From positions 256,001-320,000 of the forward strand of contig OY969724.1 of the NCBI GenBank assembly GCA_963702205.1: a stretch of 64,000 bases of DNA, given 5' to 3'. Positions 53,137 through 63,711 of this stretch are shown piece by piece; the first letter of the stretch is position 1; the number at the start of each line of letters is the position of its first letter. This DNA comes from an uncultured candidate division Zixibacteria bacterium. GTDB lineage: Bacteria > Zixibacteria > MSB-5A5 > GN15 > PGXB01. The notes under the pieces were generated by a model that was not told where the DNA came from, ran no database searches, and saw only the letters and a program-made list of their open reading frames with translations. The translations under genes and the position numbers were made by a program.

Positions 53137-54234
53137 ATGGGTTCGATCTATAAAAGAGGCAAAATCTGGTATCTTGATATCAGGGTCAAGGGCCGAAGAA
53201 TCCGCAAAAAAGTCGGATCTGCAAAAAAAGTCGCCGAATTGGCCTTAAAAGACGCCGAAGTTAAATCCGCCCGTGAAGAATTTGGCTTTGCCCAGAATGA
53301 TATTTCTCTGGATAAATTCTTCGAGAAATTCCTCGATTACTCCCGGACCAACCATCAACCGTCCACTACCAGCCGCTACAGAGCCGTTATAGACCATTTT
53401 AACGAGTTCATTGGCAAAGAATACGAAATCTCATTTGTTTCGGAGATTAGTCCAGAAGTGATAGATCGGTATAAAGTATTCAGAAAGGATTCTTGGGTGA
53501 ATCCCAACGGCCAGCCGGTAGAATCAGACGAAGATGTCAACGATTCTACCCGCAAGGGAGCCCGGGCTCATACCATCAATTTTGAGATTGGGACTTTAAG
53601 GACTATTTTCAACACCGCTATTAAATGGGGCTATTTGAAGGATAATCCAACCAAAGGCATCAAGACCCTGCGAGTTACCGATTCCAAGCCTGTCAGGTTT
53701 CTGACTATCAAAGAATGCCAGAGATTCCTTAAAGCCTGTCCAGATGATCTCTACCCCGTTTATTTCACATTTTTAAATACTGGCATGCGAAAGGCCGAAC
53801 TCGAAAACCTCATGTGGAATGACATTGACTTGAAACGTCGCAGAATAAGAATCCGCCGCAAGGAAAACTGGCTACCCAAAACCGGTGAGCGGGACATACC
53901 GATAAACAAGAACCTGTATGATCTTTTAAAAGGACTCAAATCTGAAAATGACAAGGGTCTTAAAAGCGTCTATGTCTTCCCTCACGGTGACGGTGGAATA
54001 ATCCGAACCAAACTTCGCGAACGCTTAATAAAGATAGCCAATGATGCGGGAATAGAAGATCTGACCAAACTCCACACTCTCCGGCATACTTTCGCGAGTC
54101 ACCTGGTCATGGCTGGAGTTGATTTGCCTACCGTTCAAAAGCTTATGGGGCATTCTGACATTCAAACCACCATGATCTATGCCCACCTTGCCCCGGATCA
54201 TTTGGCCAATGCGGTTGAAAAGCTGTTGTTTTAA
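53137..54234 (+). CDS. Tyrosine recombinase/integrase
   Basis: Arm-binding N-terminus (IYKRGKIWY), TGMRKAEL, KT, HTLRHTFAS, LMGHSDIQTTMIYAH. Confidence 0.95.
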   Translation: MGSIYKRGKIWYLDIRVKGRRIRKKVGSAKKVAELALKDAEVKSAREEFGFAQNDISLDKFFEKFLDYSRTNHQPSTTSRYRAVIDHFNEFIGKEYEISFVSEISPEVIDRYKVFRKDSWVNPNGQPVESDEDVNDSTRKGARAHTINFEIGTLRTIFNTAIKWGYLKDNPTKGIKTLRVTDSKPVRFLTIKECQRFLKACPDDLYPVYFTFLNTGMRKAELENLMWNDIDLKRRRIRIRRKENWLPKTGERDIPINKNLYDLLKGLKSENDKGLKSVYVFPHGDGGIIRTKLRERLIKIANDAGIEDLTKLHTLRHTFASHLVMAGVDLPTVQKLMGHSDIQTTMIYAHLAPDHLANAVEKLLF

Positions 54235-54288
54235 AACCAAACATCCGCGACGTCTTTGGCTAAATATCAACAATCCATCGCGCCATAT

Positions 54289-57200
54289 TTAATACAATTC
54301 ACATGGAGCCGGCCCGGGTGGATCGTTATATAAATGCGCTATCAAATATAATATATCGATCAGATTAATATACTGATCGCAGTTGGCATCGCCAGCAGTC
54401 AACGGATACGGGGCCGGTCCGGGGGGTGTATCGTATAAATAAGCTATAAGATACAGGATATCTATTAAGTTTAAGGCATCATCGCGGGAGGCGTCACCAT
54501 TGTTGAAATGATAACTCTCAACAACTTCGTAACCCAAAGTGTCCGCTGTACCTGAGGCAGGAACATCGGCGTTTTCAATTATTATTGCCTGTAAAGAGCC
54601 GTCTATTCGGATACCGATACCGTATAAAGAGCCCGGTGGTGGGTCGCCCTGCGGGTGTACGATAATAATATATTCGCCTTCGAGCGGATATTGAATGGTA
54701 ATAGAATCATGGACGATATCTTCATAAGTGGCATTAGGACCAATGGTGTTGAAGTATGTATCATCTGAGAGTTTGCCTATACTATCGCCGGCCGGGTCGA
54801 TGACTTGTAAGTTTATTGGAGAATATCCAACTATTATCAATGGAGACGGCACAAGATCGAAATCCGGGGCAAACTCGGAAGTATTGCCAAAAGTGTCGGT
54901 TGCAGTTGCGGTTATTAGCGAGAAATATGGAACTGCATTGCTGATCTGATATTCGAAATCGCCGTTCTCGTCGGCGGTATCGGAACCAATATATGAATAC
55001 GCTTCGCCATAGCCCGAGGGATCGGCCGGTTTGGTGGTGTCACCCTCGGGATGGGCCACGAAGAACTCAATTATGGCACTGTCAGCGGCTGTACCATAGA
55101 CTCGGAATGTGCTGTCTAAATTCATAAAGAGAGAATCAATTTGGGGGTAATTGAGCAGGTCGTTGGGGCCGGTGTCGCTGTCGCCAGGATCGTTGATAGT
55201 TACGCCGTCATCATTAAGGTCAATCCCCAAAAGACCGTTGTTATAAATCAAATTGGCGGAAATTGTGTTGTTCTGTGCACTGCCGATTATTTCAATACCG
55301 TTACCGGGGAAATTGCGGATTGTGAGGCCTTCAATTATATTATGTGAACTCTGGATTTTTAGTCCCGCACCTGTCGATTTTCCCAATGATGAGCCATCAA
55401 GTATAACTGAGTTGATACCACCCGGCGATGTTGAACCAAACATAAAAGTACTATCGCATGTAAGGGCCGGCAATTCTGAAAGCAGATCTATTGAACCCGA
55501 TACCATAAAGACCAGTGCCATAGATTCTGACTGACCGTTTACGGAGTTCAGTGTCCATCTGAGGCTTCCCGGACCATCATCATTTATATTACCTACAGCA
55601 TATCCTGGGATATTGAAAAATAATGCGGCGTTATCGCTCCCAAAATTGGCCGTCGCAAAATCCATTGTCCCATTCTCATCGAAATCACCCAAAGTTCCCC
55701 AGCGAGGATCATCGCCAACATATATATCCATGAACGACAAAAAGTCTCCATTTCCCATATTATGCAATATAAACGCATTATCGGAGCCCCCACATATCGC
55801 GATCAAATCATTGTACCCATCTGCATCATAATCGCTTACAAGTACTGCCCATACATCTGAGCCTACATCATATGTAGAATCTACCTGAAATGTCCCGTCT
55901 CCCGAATTGGTGAATATCGATATTGTTGCATCATTCCCGTTGGCTGTAATCATGTCCAATAAATTGTCATTGTTGACATCGGCAATTGACACGCTCCTTG
56001 AGCCCGATCCGGTAGAGACAAGATTATCAAACGTGTCATAAGTAGCGTCGCCTGAGTTCCATAATATTGTTAAGTTATTGCCAATTGATTGATCCGCTAC
56101 CGCTAGGTCAATATCGCCATCGCCATCAAGATCGCTTCCGGAAAGCAACCGCGGATTATCAACATCGGATATGTTGCTATTTACCGAAAATATCCCATTA
56201 CCGTCATTTAACAGAATTGTAACCCAGTCTGCTCTTACTGCCGCCAAATCTATCGCACCATCACCATTCAAGTCTCCGGAGAATATCGAAAATGGCTGAT
56301 TGCCTATGAAATAGGCACTGTCCCGTGTAAAACTCCCGTCACCGTTATTAAATAGAATGCCTACGTCATCAGACCAGTAATTTGCGGTCGCCAAGTCGAT
56401 ATAACCGTCCCCATTAAATTCAGCCGCACAAATTGAGTATGGCCGGGACGGAGAAGCATACAATTGTTCCGCAGCAAATCTGCCGGTTCCATCATTGATT
56501 AATACGGATACAAAGCCCGAATTATACCCAACAGTTGCAAGGTCACAATCTCCATCGTTATCAAAATCAGCAGCACAAATTGATTGAGGGGCGTCACTGA
56601 TATGATACGACGTATCGTACATCAAAAAACCGGAACCTTCATCCAATCCAACCGTGAATTGCCATATCATGGGGGGACTGAAAACTGTACCCAAGGATGT
56701 TTCTATATTTTCCGTTAAAGTAACCGTTACAACTTCGCCCGGTTTAAAATCGTTATCGGGGTCAAATGTGGCTGTTCGTAATGGCGCATCATACGAGATA
56801 ACTCCGGAATAATAGCCCGAATAATTCCCATAAACAAGAAATGAAGTGGTATTAATGCTGGCAGCGTTCATCGCCGTCGAGAATTCGATGGATATATTGG
56901 ATGCAACTGACACATTCAACTTATTCTGGCTGGGTGTTACGGTAATTATCTCCGGAATAGCAAAATACTTTATGGTCACCATATCTTCCGCCGTCCCCGA
57001 TCCAACGGCGGTCGCAGCGACATAGGCTGCGCCGTTGGCGTTGCCCCTGATATAATATCCGGCATCGCTGCCATTGCCTGCACCATTATAGAACTCCATC
57101 CAATCTTGTTCACCGCTCGACGAATACTTTATCGTAATGACATCATAAGAACTTCCTGTACGGTAGCTTTGGCCGGTAACATATACATTACCAATCGTAT

Positions 57201-58290
57201 CCACGTCTATGGCCCAGCCATAATCATACCAATCGGATGACCCATTGTATCTTCTTGTCCATGCGGTATCCCCATTAGGGAGATATTTAATCGTTAGAAT
57301 ATCATAATTGGAGCCGTTATTGCTGTTGCCCGTTACATATGCATTACCGATTTCGTCGCACGCTATAGACATTACTTCATCAGTTCCATGTGCTTCCCCG
57401 TCATATCTTTCATCATAAACAAGGTTTCCATCCGTATCATATTTAAGAACCAAATAATCTTCGGCCGTCCCGGAGCCGACACTACCTCCCCCGACATATA
57501 CATTGCCAGATGAGTCCGCCGTCATCCACCAGTCAAGGTCATCACCACTGTATGGACCGTCGTACCTCTTTGTCCATTCATTATTCCCCAATGAATCGTA
57601 CTTTAAAGTAGCAATATCCCAATGTCCTGAACTGGCACTATGACCGCATACATAAACATTGCCCAAACTATCGATATCCAGCCAATTAGCCCAGTCGGTG
57701 TTATCAATCGGACCGTTATATCTTCTAATCCAATGAACATCGCCATTTGAACGATACTTAATAGTCGCAAAATCACAATTATAGGCGGTCCAGCTACCTC
57801 CCGCTACATATACATTGCCATCGCCATCGACCGCAACACGATGTGCGCCATTTCCATTGGCCGTCGATTCATGATAGCGTCTCACCCAGGCAGTATCACC
57901 ATCGGGAAGATACTTTATCGTTACGTATTCCGAGTAGTCATCAAGGACATAGCTTTCCCCGACTACATAAACATTGCCGGATCCATCGACAATGATATCA
58001 TGTGGTGTGTCAGTAGTATCATCCGGACCGTTGTAACGGCTTTCCCATTGGACATTGCCGACCCTGTCATATTTAATCGTTATAAAGTCCTGCCAGGTCC
58101 CCGATCCAGCACTCGTTCCGACCACATAAACATTGCCCGAATCATCTAATTCAATGCCGAAAGCGTCATCAAAACCATCCACAGGTCCATTATATGAACG
58201 CACCCAGGCAGTATCCACTGTTTCCCCCGCTGGCTGTTTAACGATTATAAATATTAACAAGAGACATGTAGCCAAAATGATATTCTTCAT
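54289..58290 (-). CDS. Secreted SBBP-like propeller, Ig-like, FG-GAP, conserved stalk and double dockerin-like tail (1333 aa)
   Basis: Signal peptide; DTAWVRxYNG/GNVYV/TIKY repeats, DFDNDGDxDLA repeats; last 365 aa colinear with 389-1489. Confidence 0.88.
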   Translation of the reverse strand: MKNIILATCLLLIFIIVKQPAGETVDTAWVRSYNGPVDGFDDAFGIELDDSGNVYVVGTSAGSGTWQDFITIKYDRVGNVQWESRYNGPDDTTDTPHDIIVDGSGNVYVVGESYVLDDYSEYVTIKYLPDGDTAWVRRYHESTANGNGAHRVAVDGDGNVYVAGGSWTAYNCDFATIKYRSNGDVHWIRRYNGPIDNTDWANWLDIDSLGNVYVCGHSASSGHWDIATLKYDSLGNNEWTKRYDGPYSGDDLDWWMTADSSGNVYVGGGSVGSGTAEDYLVLKYDTDGNLVYDERYDGEAHGTDEVMSIACDEIGNAYVTGNSNNGSNYDILTIKYLPNGDTAWTRRYNGSSDWYDYGWAIDVDTIGNVYVTGQSYRTGSSYDVITIKYSSSGEQDWMEFYNGAGNGSDAGYYIRGNANGAAYVAATAVGSGTAEDMVTIKYFAIPEIITVTPSQNKLNVSVASNISIEFSTAMNAASINTTSFLVYGNYSGYYSGVISYDAPLRTATFDPDNDFKPGEVVTVTLTENIETSLGTVFSPPMIWQFTVGLDEGSGFLMYDTSYHISDAPQSICAADFDNDGDCDLATVGYNSGFVSVLINDGTGRFAAEQLYASPSRPYSICAAEFNGDGYIDLATANYWSDDVGILFNNGDGSFTRDSAYFIGNQPFSIFSGDLNGDGAIDLAAVRADWVTILLNDGNGIFSVNSNISDVDNPRLLSGSDLDGDGDIDLAVADQSIGNNLTILWNSGDATYDTFDNLVSTGSGSRSVSIADVNNDNLLDMITANGNDATISIFTNSGDGTFQVDSTYDVGSDVWAVLVSDYDADGYNDLIAICGGSDNAFILHNMGNGDFLSFMDIYVGDDPRWGTLGDFDENGTMDFATANFGSDNAALFFNIPGYAVGNINDDGPGSLRWTLNSVNGQSESMALVFMVSGSIDLLSELPALTCDSTFMFGSTSPGGINSVILDGSSLGKSTGAGLKIQSSHNIIEGLTIRNFPGNGIEIIGSAQNNTISANLIYNNGLLGIDLNDDGVTINDPGDSDTGPNDLLNYPQIDSLFMNLDSTFRVYGTAADSAIIEFFVAHPEGDTTKPADPSGYGEAYSYIGSDTADENGDFEYQISNAVPYFSLITATATDTFGNTSEFAPDFDLVPSPLIIVGYSPINLQVIDPAGDSIGKLSDDTYFNTIGPNATYEDIVHDSITIQYPLEGEYIIIVHPQGDPPPGSLYGIGIRIDGSLQAIIIENADVPASGTADTLGYEVVESYHFNNGDASRDDALNLIDILYLIAYLYDTPPGPAPYPLTAGDANCDQYINLIDILYLIAHLYNDPPGPAPCELY

Positions 58291-58377
58291 AACCCCTCCA
58301 AATTAAAGCGCTAATCATTACCAAATTCGCGGGCCGCGCTCATCCCATGTTTCTATGTTTAAATATTTATACTTCTC

Positions 58378-61300
58378 TTACTCCGGGCATTGGGGTTCGG
58401 GGCCGGGGGGATTGCCATAGATGTAATCGATCAAATATAATATGTCGATTAGGTTGATGCTTCCGTCGCTATTGACATCTCCGGAATTCATCGGCATCGG
58501 TGGATCGCCGGGAGGACTGCCATATTTGTAACTGATAAGATATAGAATATCTATAAGATTAACATTTCCATCGCCGTTGACATCGCCACAGATAACCACA
58601 CCCAAATCTGTCACTGCCAGGCAAAAAGGTGATAACGAAGACGTTACGGCGCAGACGGTGTTTAAGACCGTATCGACAGTTGTTGTCTCGTCGTGCCATG
58701 AAACCCCGTCAAAATGTAATAGTCTAAGAAGCGGCTCTTGCGGCACCCTGATTTGCATGGTATCGAATATGATACAGATATCGATCTCACCCTGATGGAT
58801 AGCGTCTGTAGAAATATTGTAAAATGTTGGGCATACATCTGGCATTATTATGAAGCCCTCAAGATTCGTATCCGGACCGATACCTCCTATCATTAATTCC
58901 GTGGTTCCTCCCTGAGTGACATTCTCGTAGGTTATAAGCATTGGACCGACCTCTGCCGTTGAGTTCTCTCCAACAGCAGTTGCCGAAGTGAAAATGCAGG
59001 CACCGAGATTCTGATCTGGATTGAATATGGTGGGGCAGTTGTCCGTTGGACATGCATTTTCCGGATATCCCGGATCACCATAGCCGTCGCCATCGGTATC
59101 ATAGCAGTCCATATTTTTTGCAATGTTGATTCTGTAATCACAATCATAGGAATCGGTCCCTCCTCCCACAACTTGGTCCAGATCACCATCATTATCCAGG
59201 TCAGCCAATGACATGTGGAAGGGATTGACTCCTGCTTTGTGCGAGCTCGTGTAACCAACCGGAAGAAAATCAAAGTTACCATAATTCCTAAGGATATCCG
59301 TAGTACCTTCTTCCCAATAGGGAGAACCATTAGCCAATAACAGGTCGGCGTCACCATCACCATCAATGTCGCCTGCTGTAACACTATTGTACCAACATAT
59401 TAGGTTATCGTGTCTTATCATGCCGAACGATCCTCCCCCGAGATTCTTGAATATTCTTAGTTCAGCTGCACGAGGATTAAAATAGTTACAGCTGCCCGGT
59501 TGGAGCGTGACGATATCTACGTGCGAATCGTTGTCAAGATCCGCGAATGCCGCCTCAATCAAATATGAGCTTGGGATTCTGGAGTCGGACAGGAAAAGGC
59601 CGTTGCCATTATTCCATAGTATTGCAGTCTCATTTCCGTTCTGTCCTCCGGCAATCAAATCTATGAATCCATCATCATTCAGTTCTGCCGCATACAGCTT
59701 GCTTATGCTTGGTAAGCCAGGATTATAGGTCGATGACACCTCAAATGTCGCATCCGCCTTTCCGAAGAGGATGGCAATCCAGCCTCCTGATACCTGAAGT
59801 CCTATGGCCAAATCGGCCCGACCATCGCCATTGAAATCCTCTGAACACATGACTTCTCCACATCCGGCACCGGCCGAAAACGCGGGTTGAACGATGAAGG
59901 ATCCATCGCCACTGTTTAGTAGTATTGATACATAATTGTTGTTATCAGTATAACGTAACACGCTAATATCGATATCGCCATCACCATCAAAATCGCCTGT
60001 TGCGACATCGGCGCCATTTTGTCCGGCAGTAATCGAATAGAGCGAGTATTCCGCGAACCCTATTGTGTAGTCAGTGCCAGTAGTATTATTCAGAAACACC
60101 GCAACCTTGTCTGTCCTACCTGTTTCGACTATGTCGATGTACCCGTCGCCATTGAAATCTGAAAGGGCAAAGTCAACATAAACAAGATTAGACTGGACCC
60201 AGATTCTTTCACCAAAATAGCCAGTCGTGGCGACAGTGGCAGTAGTAAATGACCAGGAATAGCTCTGGTTCAATGACAGGCCAGTTGATGAATGCATGCC
60301 CGTTGTCAGTAGAGCCGTTACGTTTTCACCTGCGGGTAAGGGGTTATTAGGCGTGAAGGTAGCCGTGCGTGTCCCGATATCGTAGTTTACTCCCCCCTGA
60401 ATTGGGCCGGCGGTATTACCTGTGAGCATGAATGTTTCTGTGTTTATTGTTTCCGGATTCATGTCCCTACTAAATGTTGCCGTGATTTGGCTCCAACAGG
60501 GAACTTTGAGTGCATTGGATGTAGGTATTTGCGCAATGATGGAAGGTGCGATTTTAGTCCAAACCTCAATGAATGCAGCGACTTTGCCTCCGCCAATCGT
60601 GAAAGTGCCCCCCGTTACGAGGTTCCCATCGTAAACGGTCAGGGCAGAAACGCTGCCATTCATTCCCGATCCCAACGACGACCAACTACTCCCATCCCAC
60701 GATGCTATCTTACCACTGAAACTGCCCCCCGCTATCAGTTTCCCACTGCATACCGTTAAAGCAGAAACAGTGCCATTCCTCCCTGACCCCAACGACGACC
60801 AACCGCTTCCGTCCCATGATGCTACACGATTCGCCGCCACGCCGCCAGCCGTTGTGAAAAAGCCCCCCGCGACCAGGTCCCCATCGTAAACGGTCAGGGA
60901 ATAGACACGTGTGTTTGTTCCTTCCATACCGGACCCTAACGGCGACCAACTGCTCCCATCCCATGAGGCTATATTGCTCGCCGCCGCGCCGCCGCCAGCC
61001 GCTTGGAACATACCACCAGCTATAAGTCTCCCATCATAAACGGTCAGGGCGTAAACGGCGTCGGTTATCCCTAATCCCAGCGGCGACCATGTTGACCCAT
61101 CCCATGAGGCTACACGATACGCCGCCACGCCGCCAGCCGTTGTGAAATCACCCCCCGCTACGAGGTCCCCATCGTAAACGGTCAGGGCAAAAACGCCGCT
61201 ATTCATTCCGGACCCCAGAGCGGACCAACTACTTCCATCCCACGACGCTATGTAGTTCGCTGTCACACCGCCAGCAGTTGTGAAAATACCTCCCGCTATC

Positions 61301-62835
61301 AGTTTGTTGTCATAAACTGCAAGAGCCCAAACTGCGTCATTCATTCCTGACCCAAGGGCTAACCAAGCCGAGCCATCCCAGGCCGCTATGTAATTGGCAG
61401 CCACACCACCGCCAGCAGTTGTGAAATATCCCCCCGCTACGAGGTCCCCATCGTAAACGGTCAGGTCAGAAACGCTGCCATTCATTCCCGATCCTAACGA
61501 CGACCAACCGCTTCCGTCCCATGATGCTACACGATTCGCCGCCACGTCGCCAGCCGTTGTGAAACCACCACCCGCTACGAGGTCCCCATCGTAAACGGTC
61601 AGGGAATAGACATATGTGTTTGTTCCTTCCATACCGGACCCTAACGGCGACCAACTGCTCCCATCCCATGAGGCTATATTGCTCGCCGCCGCGCCACCAG
61701 CCATTGTGAAACCGCCCCCCGCGACCAGTCTCTCGTCGTAAATGGTCAGGGCACGGACAAAGGAATTAGTAGGCCAACCTCCAGGCATCCCGGACCCTAA
61801 CGCCGACCAACTACTCCCATCCCATGAGGCTACACGATACGCCGCCACGCCGCCAGCCGTTGTGAAATCACCCCCCGCTACGAGGTCCCCATCGTAAACG
61901 GTCAGGGCAAAAACGCCGCTATTCATTCCGGACCCCAGAGCGGACCAACTACTTCCATCCCACGACGCTATGTAGTTCGCTGTCACACCGCCAGCAGTTG
62001 TGAAAATACCTCCGGCCATCAGTCTTACGCCATAGACAGCCAGGGCATTTACGCAACCAGAAGTACCATCTGAAAGCATCATCCCCGACCCCAACGGCGA
62101 CCAACTGTTCCCATCCCATGAGGCTATTCCATTCACTGCCACGCCACCGACCGTTGTGAACCAACCACCAGCTATAAGTCTCCCATCATAAACGATCAGG
62201 GAAAAGACCGAAGGTGAACTTCCTCCTATCCCCGATGCCAACCGCGACCAACTATATCCATCCCAAGACGCCACACTATTTGCCCACGCGCCACCAGCAG
62301 AATAGAAATTGCCACCGGCAATCAGCTTCGCATTGTATACGGTCAGTGCATTGACAACGGCTGTCCCATTCAGCTCGTAGGGAGCCATTCCGGAGCCCAA
62401 CGACGACCAAATACTTCCATTCCAGGCCGCTATACCATTAGCCGGTACGCCGCCGGCCACTGTAAAATCGCCGCCGACCACGAGTTTTCCATTGTAAAGA
62501 GTTGCAGCAAAAATATATCCGTTGACACCGTTAAGGGAAGACGAGATGTTATTATCCCAATATATATCATCGGGGTGATCGGTTGGCGAAGCAGGGGAAG
62601 CAAGCCTAAACACCGGTTGACCAGTGGCCGGGTCAATAGCCGTCTCGAAGCCCTTAATGTCTAACGGCCCCTGGTAACCAGATTGACGCGCAGCGTCAAG
62701 GTCGAATTGGCCGTCTGGAGTTAGAAATTCAGTGACGTCTTTTCCCTTTTGATATTCAAGATCTGATTGCCCCCATACAGTAGACACACACGACAGTATT
62801 GCTGCCACTAAATAGACCTTACCCATACCGCGCAT
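58378..62835 (-). CDS. Secreted WDG-repeat propeller, Ig-like, FG-GAP, TSP3-like and double dockerin-like tail (1485 aa)
   Basis: Start MRGMGKV at 62835 after GGAGGG; about 13 ASWDGSSWSxLGSG repeats, FG-GAP repeats, tail CGDVNGDGNVNLIDILYLI. Confidence 0.88.
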   Translation of the reverse strand: MRGMGKVYLVAAILSCVSTVWGQSDLEYQKGKDVTEFLTPDGQFDLDAARQSGYQGPLDIKGFETAIDPATGQPVFRLASPASPTDHPDDIYWDNNISSSLNGVNGYIFAATLYNGKLVVGGDFTVAGGVPANGIAAWNGSIWSSLGSGMAPYELNGTAVVNALTVYNAKLIAGGNFYSAGGAWANSVASWDGYSWSRLASGIGGSSPSVFSLIVYDGRLIAGGWFTTVGGVAVNGIASWDGNSWSPLGSGMMLSDGTSGCVNALAVYGVRLMAGGIFTTAGGVTANYIASWDGSSWSALGSGMNSGVFALTVYDGDLVAGGDFTTAGGVAAYRVASWDGSSWSALGSGMPGGWPTNSFVRALTIYDERLVAGGGFTMAGGAAASNIASWDGSSWSPLGSGMEGTNTYVYSLTVYDGDLVAGGGFTTAGDVAANRVASWDGSGWSSLGSGMNGSVSDLTVYDGDLVAGGYFTTAGGGVAANYIAAWDGSAWLALGSGMNDAVWALAVYDNKLIAGGIFTTAGGVTANYIASWDGSSWSALGSGMNSGVFALTVYDGDLVAGGDFTTAGGVAAYRVASWDGSTWSPLGLGITDAVYALTVYDGRLIAGGMFQAAGGGAAASNIASWDGSSWSPLGSGMEGTNTRVYSLTVYDGDLVAGGFFTTAGGVAANRVASWDGSGWSSLGSGRNGTVSALTVCSGKLIAGGSFSGKIASWDGSSWSSLGSGMNGSVSALTVYDGNLVTGGTFTIGGGKVAAFIEVWTKIAPSIIAQIPTSNALKVPCWSQITATFSRDMNPETINTETFMLTGNTAGPIQGGVNYDIGTRTATFTPNNPLPAGENVTALLTTGMHSSTGLSLNQSYSWSFTTATVATTGYFGERIWVQSNLVYVDFALSDFNGDGYIDIVETGRTDKVAVFLNNTTGTDYTIGFAEYSLYSITAGQNGADVATGDFDGDGDIDISVLRYTDNNNYVSILLNSGDGSFIVQPAFSAGAGCGEVMCSEDFNGDGRADLAIGLQVSGGWIAILFGKADATFEVSSTYNPGLPSISKLYAAELNDDGFIDLIAGGQNGNETAILWNNGNGLFLSDSRIPSSYLIEAAFADLDNDSHVDIVTLQPGSCNYFNPRAAELRIFKNLGGGSFGMIRHDNLICWYNSVTAGDIDGDGDADLLLANGSPYWEEGTTDILRNYGNFDFLPVGYTSSHKAGVNPFHMSLADLDNDGDLDQVVGGGTDSYDCDYRINIAKNMDCYDTDGDGYGDPGYPENACPTDNCPTIFNPDQNLGACIFTSATAVGENSTAEVGPMLITYENVTQGGTTELMIGGIGPDTNLEGFIIMPDVCPTFYNISTDAIHQGEIDICIIFDTMQIRVPQEPLLRLLHFDGVSWHDETTTVDTVLNTVCAVTSSLSPFCLAVTDLGVVICGDVNGDGNVNLIDILYLISYKYGSPPGDPPMPMNSGDVNSDGSINLIDILYLIDYIYGNPPGPEPQCPE
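61096..62013. repeat. Intragenic duplication: 198 bp identical at 61096-61293 and 61816-62013
   Basis: Lines match base for base at a 720-bp offset; a second near-identical pair lies at about 60790-60990 and 61498-61698. Confidence 0.88.
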
Positions 62836-62920
62836 AAGTACCCTCCGAGAAATATTAAGTTGCTTAATGACCAAGCCCGTGCTCGAAACCCATATAAATA
62901 TAGCATTTTCACGGCATTCG

Positions 62921-63142
62921 TCAATCAGAAGATAGCCCCATAGGAATCTCCACGGTCCGAGTAATCCTTCCACCCTCCGACTTCTTCTCAATCCACCGAT
63001 CAATGATGAATTTCTTGAACCGGACAAACTTCCCCAGCTTGACATGAGGAATGTACCCCTGATGCGTCCACTGATAGATTGTCGAGGGCTTAACACGCAA
63101 GTATTTGGCAATCTCTTGCGCTGTCAGGAGTCGGTCCGTCAT
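62921..63142 (-). CDS. Excisionase-like HTH_17 DNA-binding protein
   Basis: LLTAQEIAKYLRVKPSTIYQW..IPHVKLG..VRF..IDRWI. Confidence 0.88.
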   Translation of the reverse strand: MTDRLLTAQEIAKYLRVKPSTIYQWTHQGYIPHVKLGKFVRFKKFIIDRWIEKKSEGGRITRTVEIPMGLSSD

Positions 63143-63144
63143 GG

Positions 63145-63711
63145 CTATTTATTCTTCCCCCGGCTTTTATTCTGCCGTAATCCCCCATAGCTGCGCCTGA
63201 GTTTACGATCAATGGCAGACCGCTTTTTGGATGATCTGGTACGAAAGAGCAGCTTTTCAAGTGTCGAAATGTTATTACAGTTTCTGAACAGCCAGTACAA
63301 AGCATTCCTGTTTTCCTGCTGGCTTTCATAGCAGAGGTTATGGCATATCCGGCAGGCGAAGATGGATTCACCCGGGGGCAGATACAGAACCCGACAGCGA
63401 CGGTGACAATTGGGACACCGAAACCACCATCGCCTCCAGCCATAATTGCAGGGAGTGGTATCGAGATGGACTACATAATCATAATCTTTTACTTGGCCCG
63501 AGCGCTTGGTTACTGTATATTTCAATCGGATTTTATGATGGATTTCGGAGATTACTTCAATGGTCGATGTTTTACCAAATCCATTTTTCCAGCTGATGAT
63601 TTCAGAACCGGGTAAATCCAAACACAGCTGCTTGGCCAAAAAGGTCATATCCAGCTGTAAGCACTCTTCGACCGTGGTCTTCTTAAACAAAACTCCTCGA
63701 CCAACGCTCAT
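63145..63711 (-). CDS. Hypothetical Cys-rich (Zn-finger-like) mobile-element protein
   Basis: WWFRCPNCHRRCRVLY and FACRICHNLCYESQ; basic tail. Confidence 0.75.
   Translation of the reverse strand: MSVGRGVLFKKTTVEECLQLDMTFLAKQLCLDLPGSEIISWKNGFGKTSTIEVISEIHHKIRLKYTVTKRSGQVKDYDYVVHLDTTPCNYGWRRWWFRCPNCHRRCRVLYLPPGESIFACRICHNLCYESQQENRNALYWLFRNCNNISTLEKLLFRTRSSKKRSAIDRKLRRSYGGLRQNKSRGKNK

Noticed and set aside
53137..54234. Integron integrase with the hairpins as attC sites
   Set aside because: It has a phage-type arm-binding N-terminus and sits beside a tRNA; the hairpins do not follow each gene and lack RYYYAAC/GTTRRRY ends.
62836..63111. 92-aa N-terminal extension of the 1577-aa ORF
   Set aside because: It overlaps xis; SD and signal peptide support the start at 62835. 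Extensions at 5292, 24128 and 45955 were trimmed for the same kind of reason.
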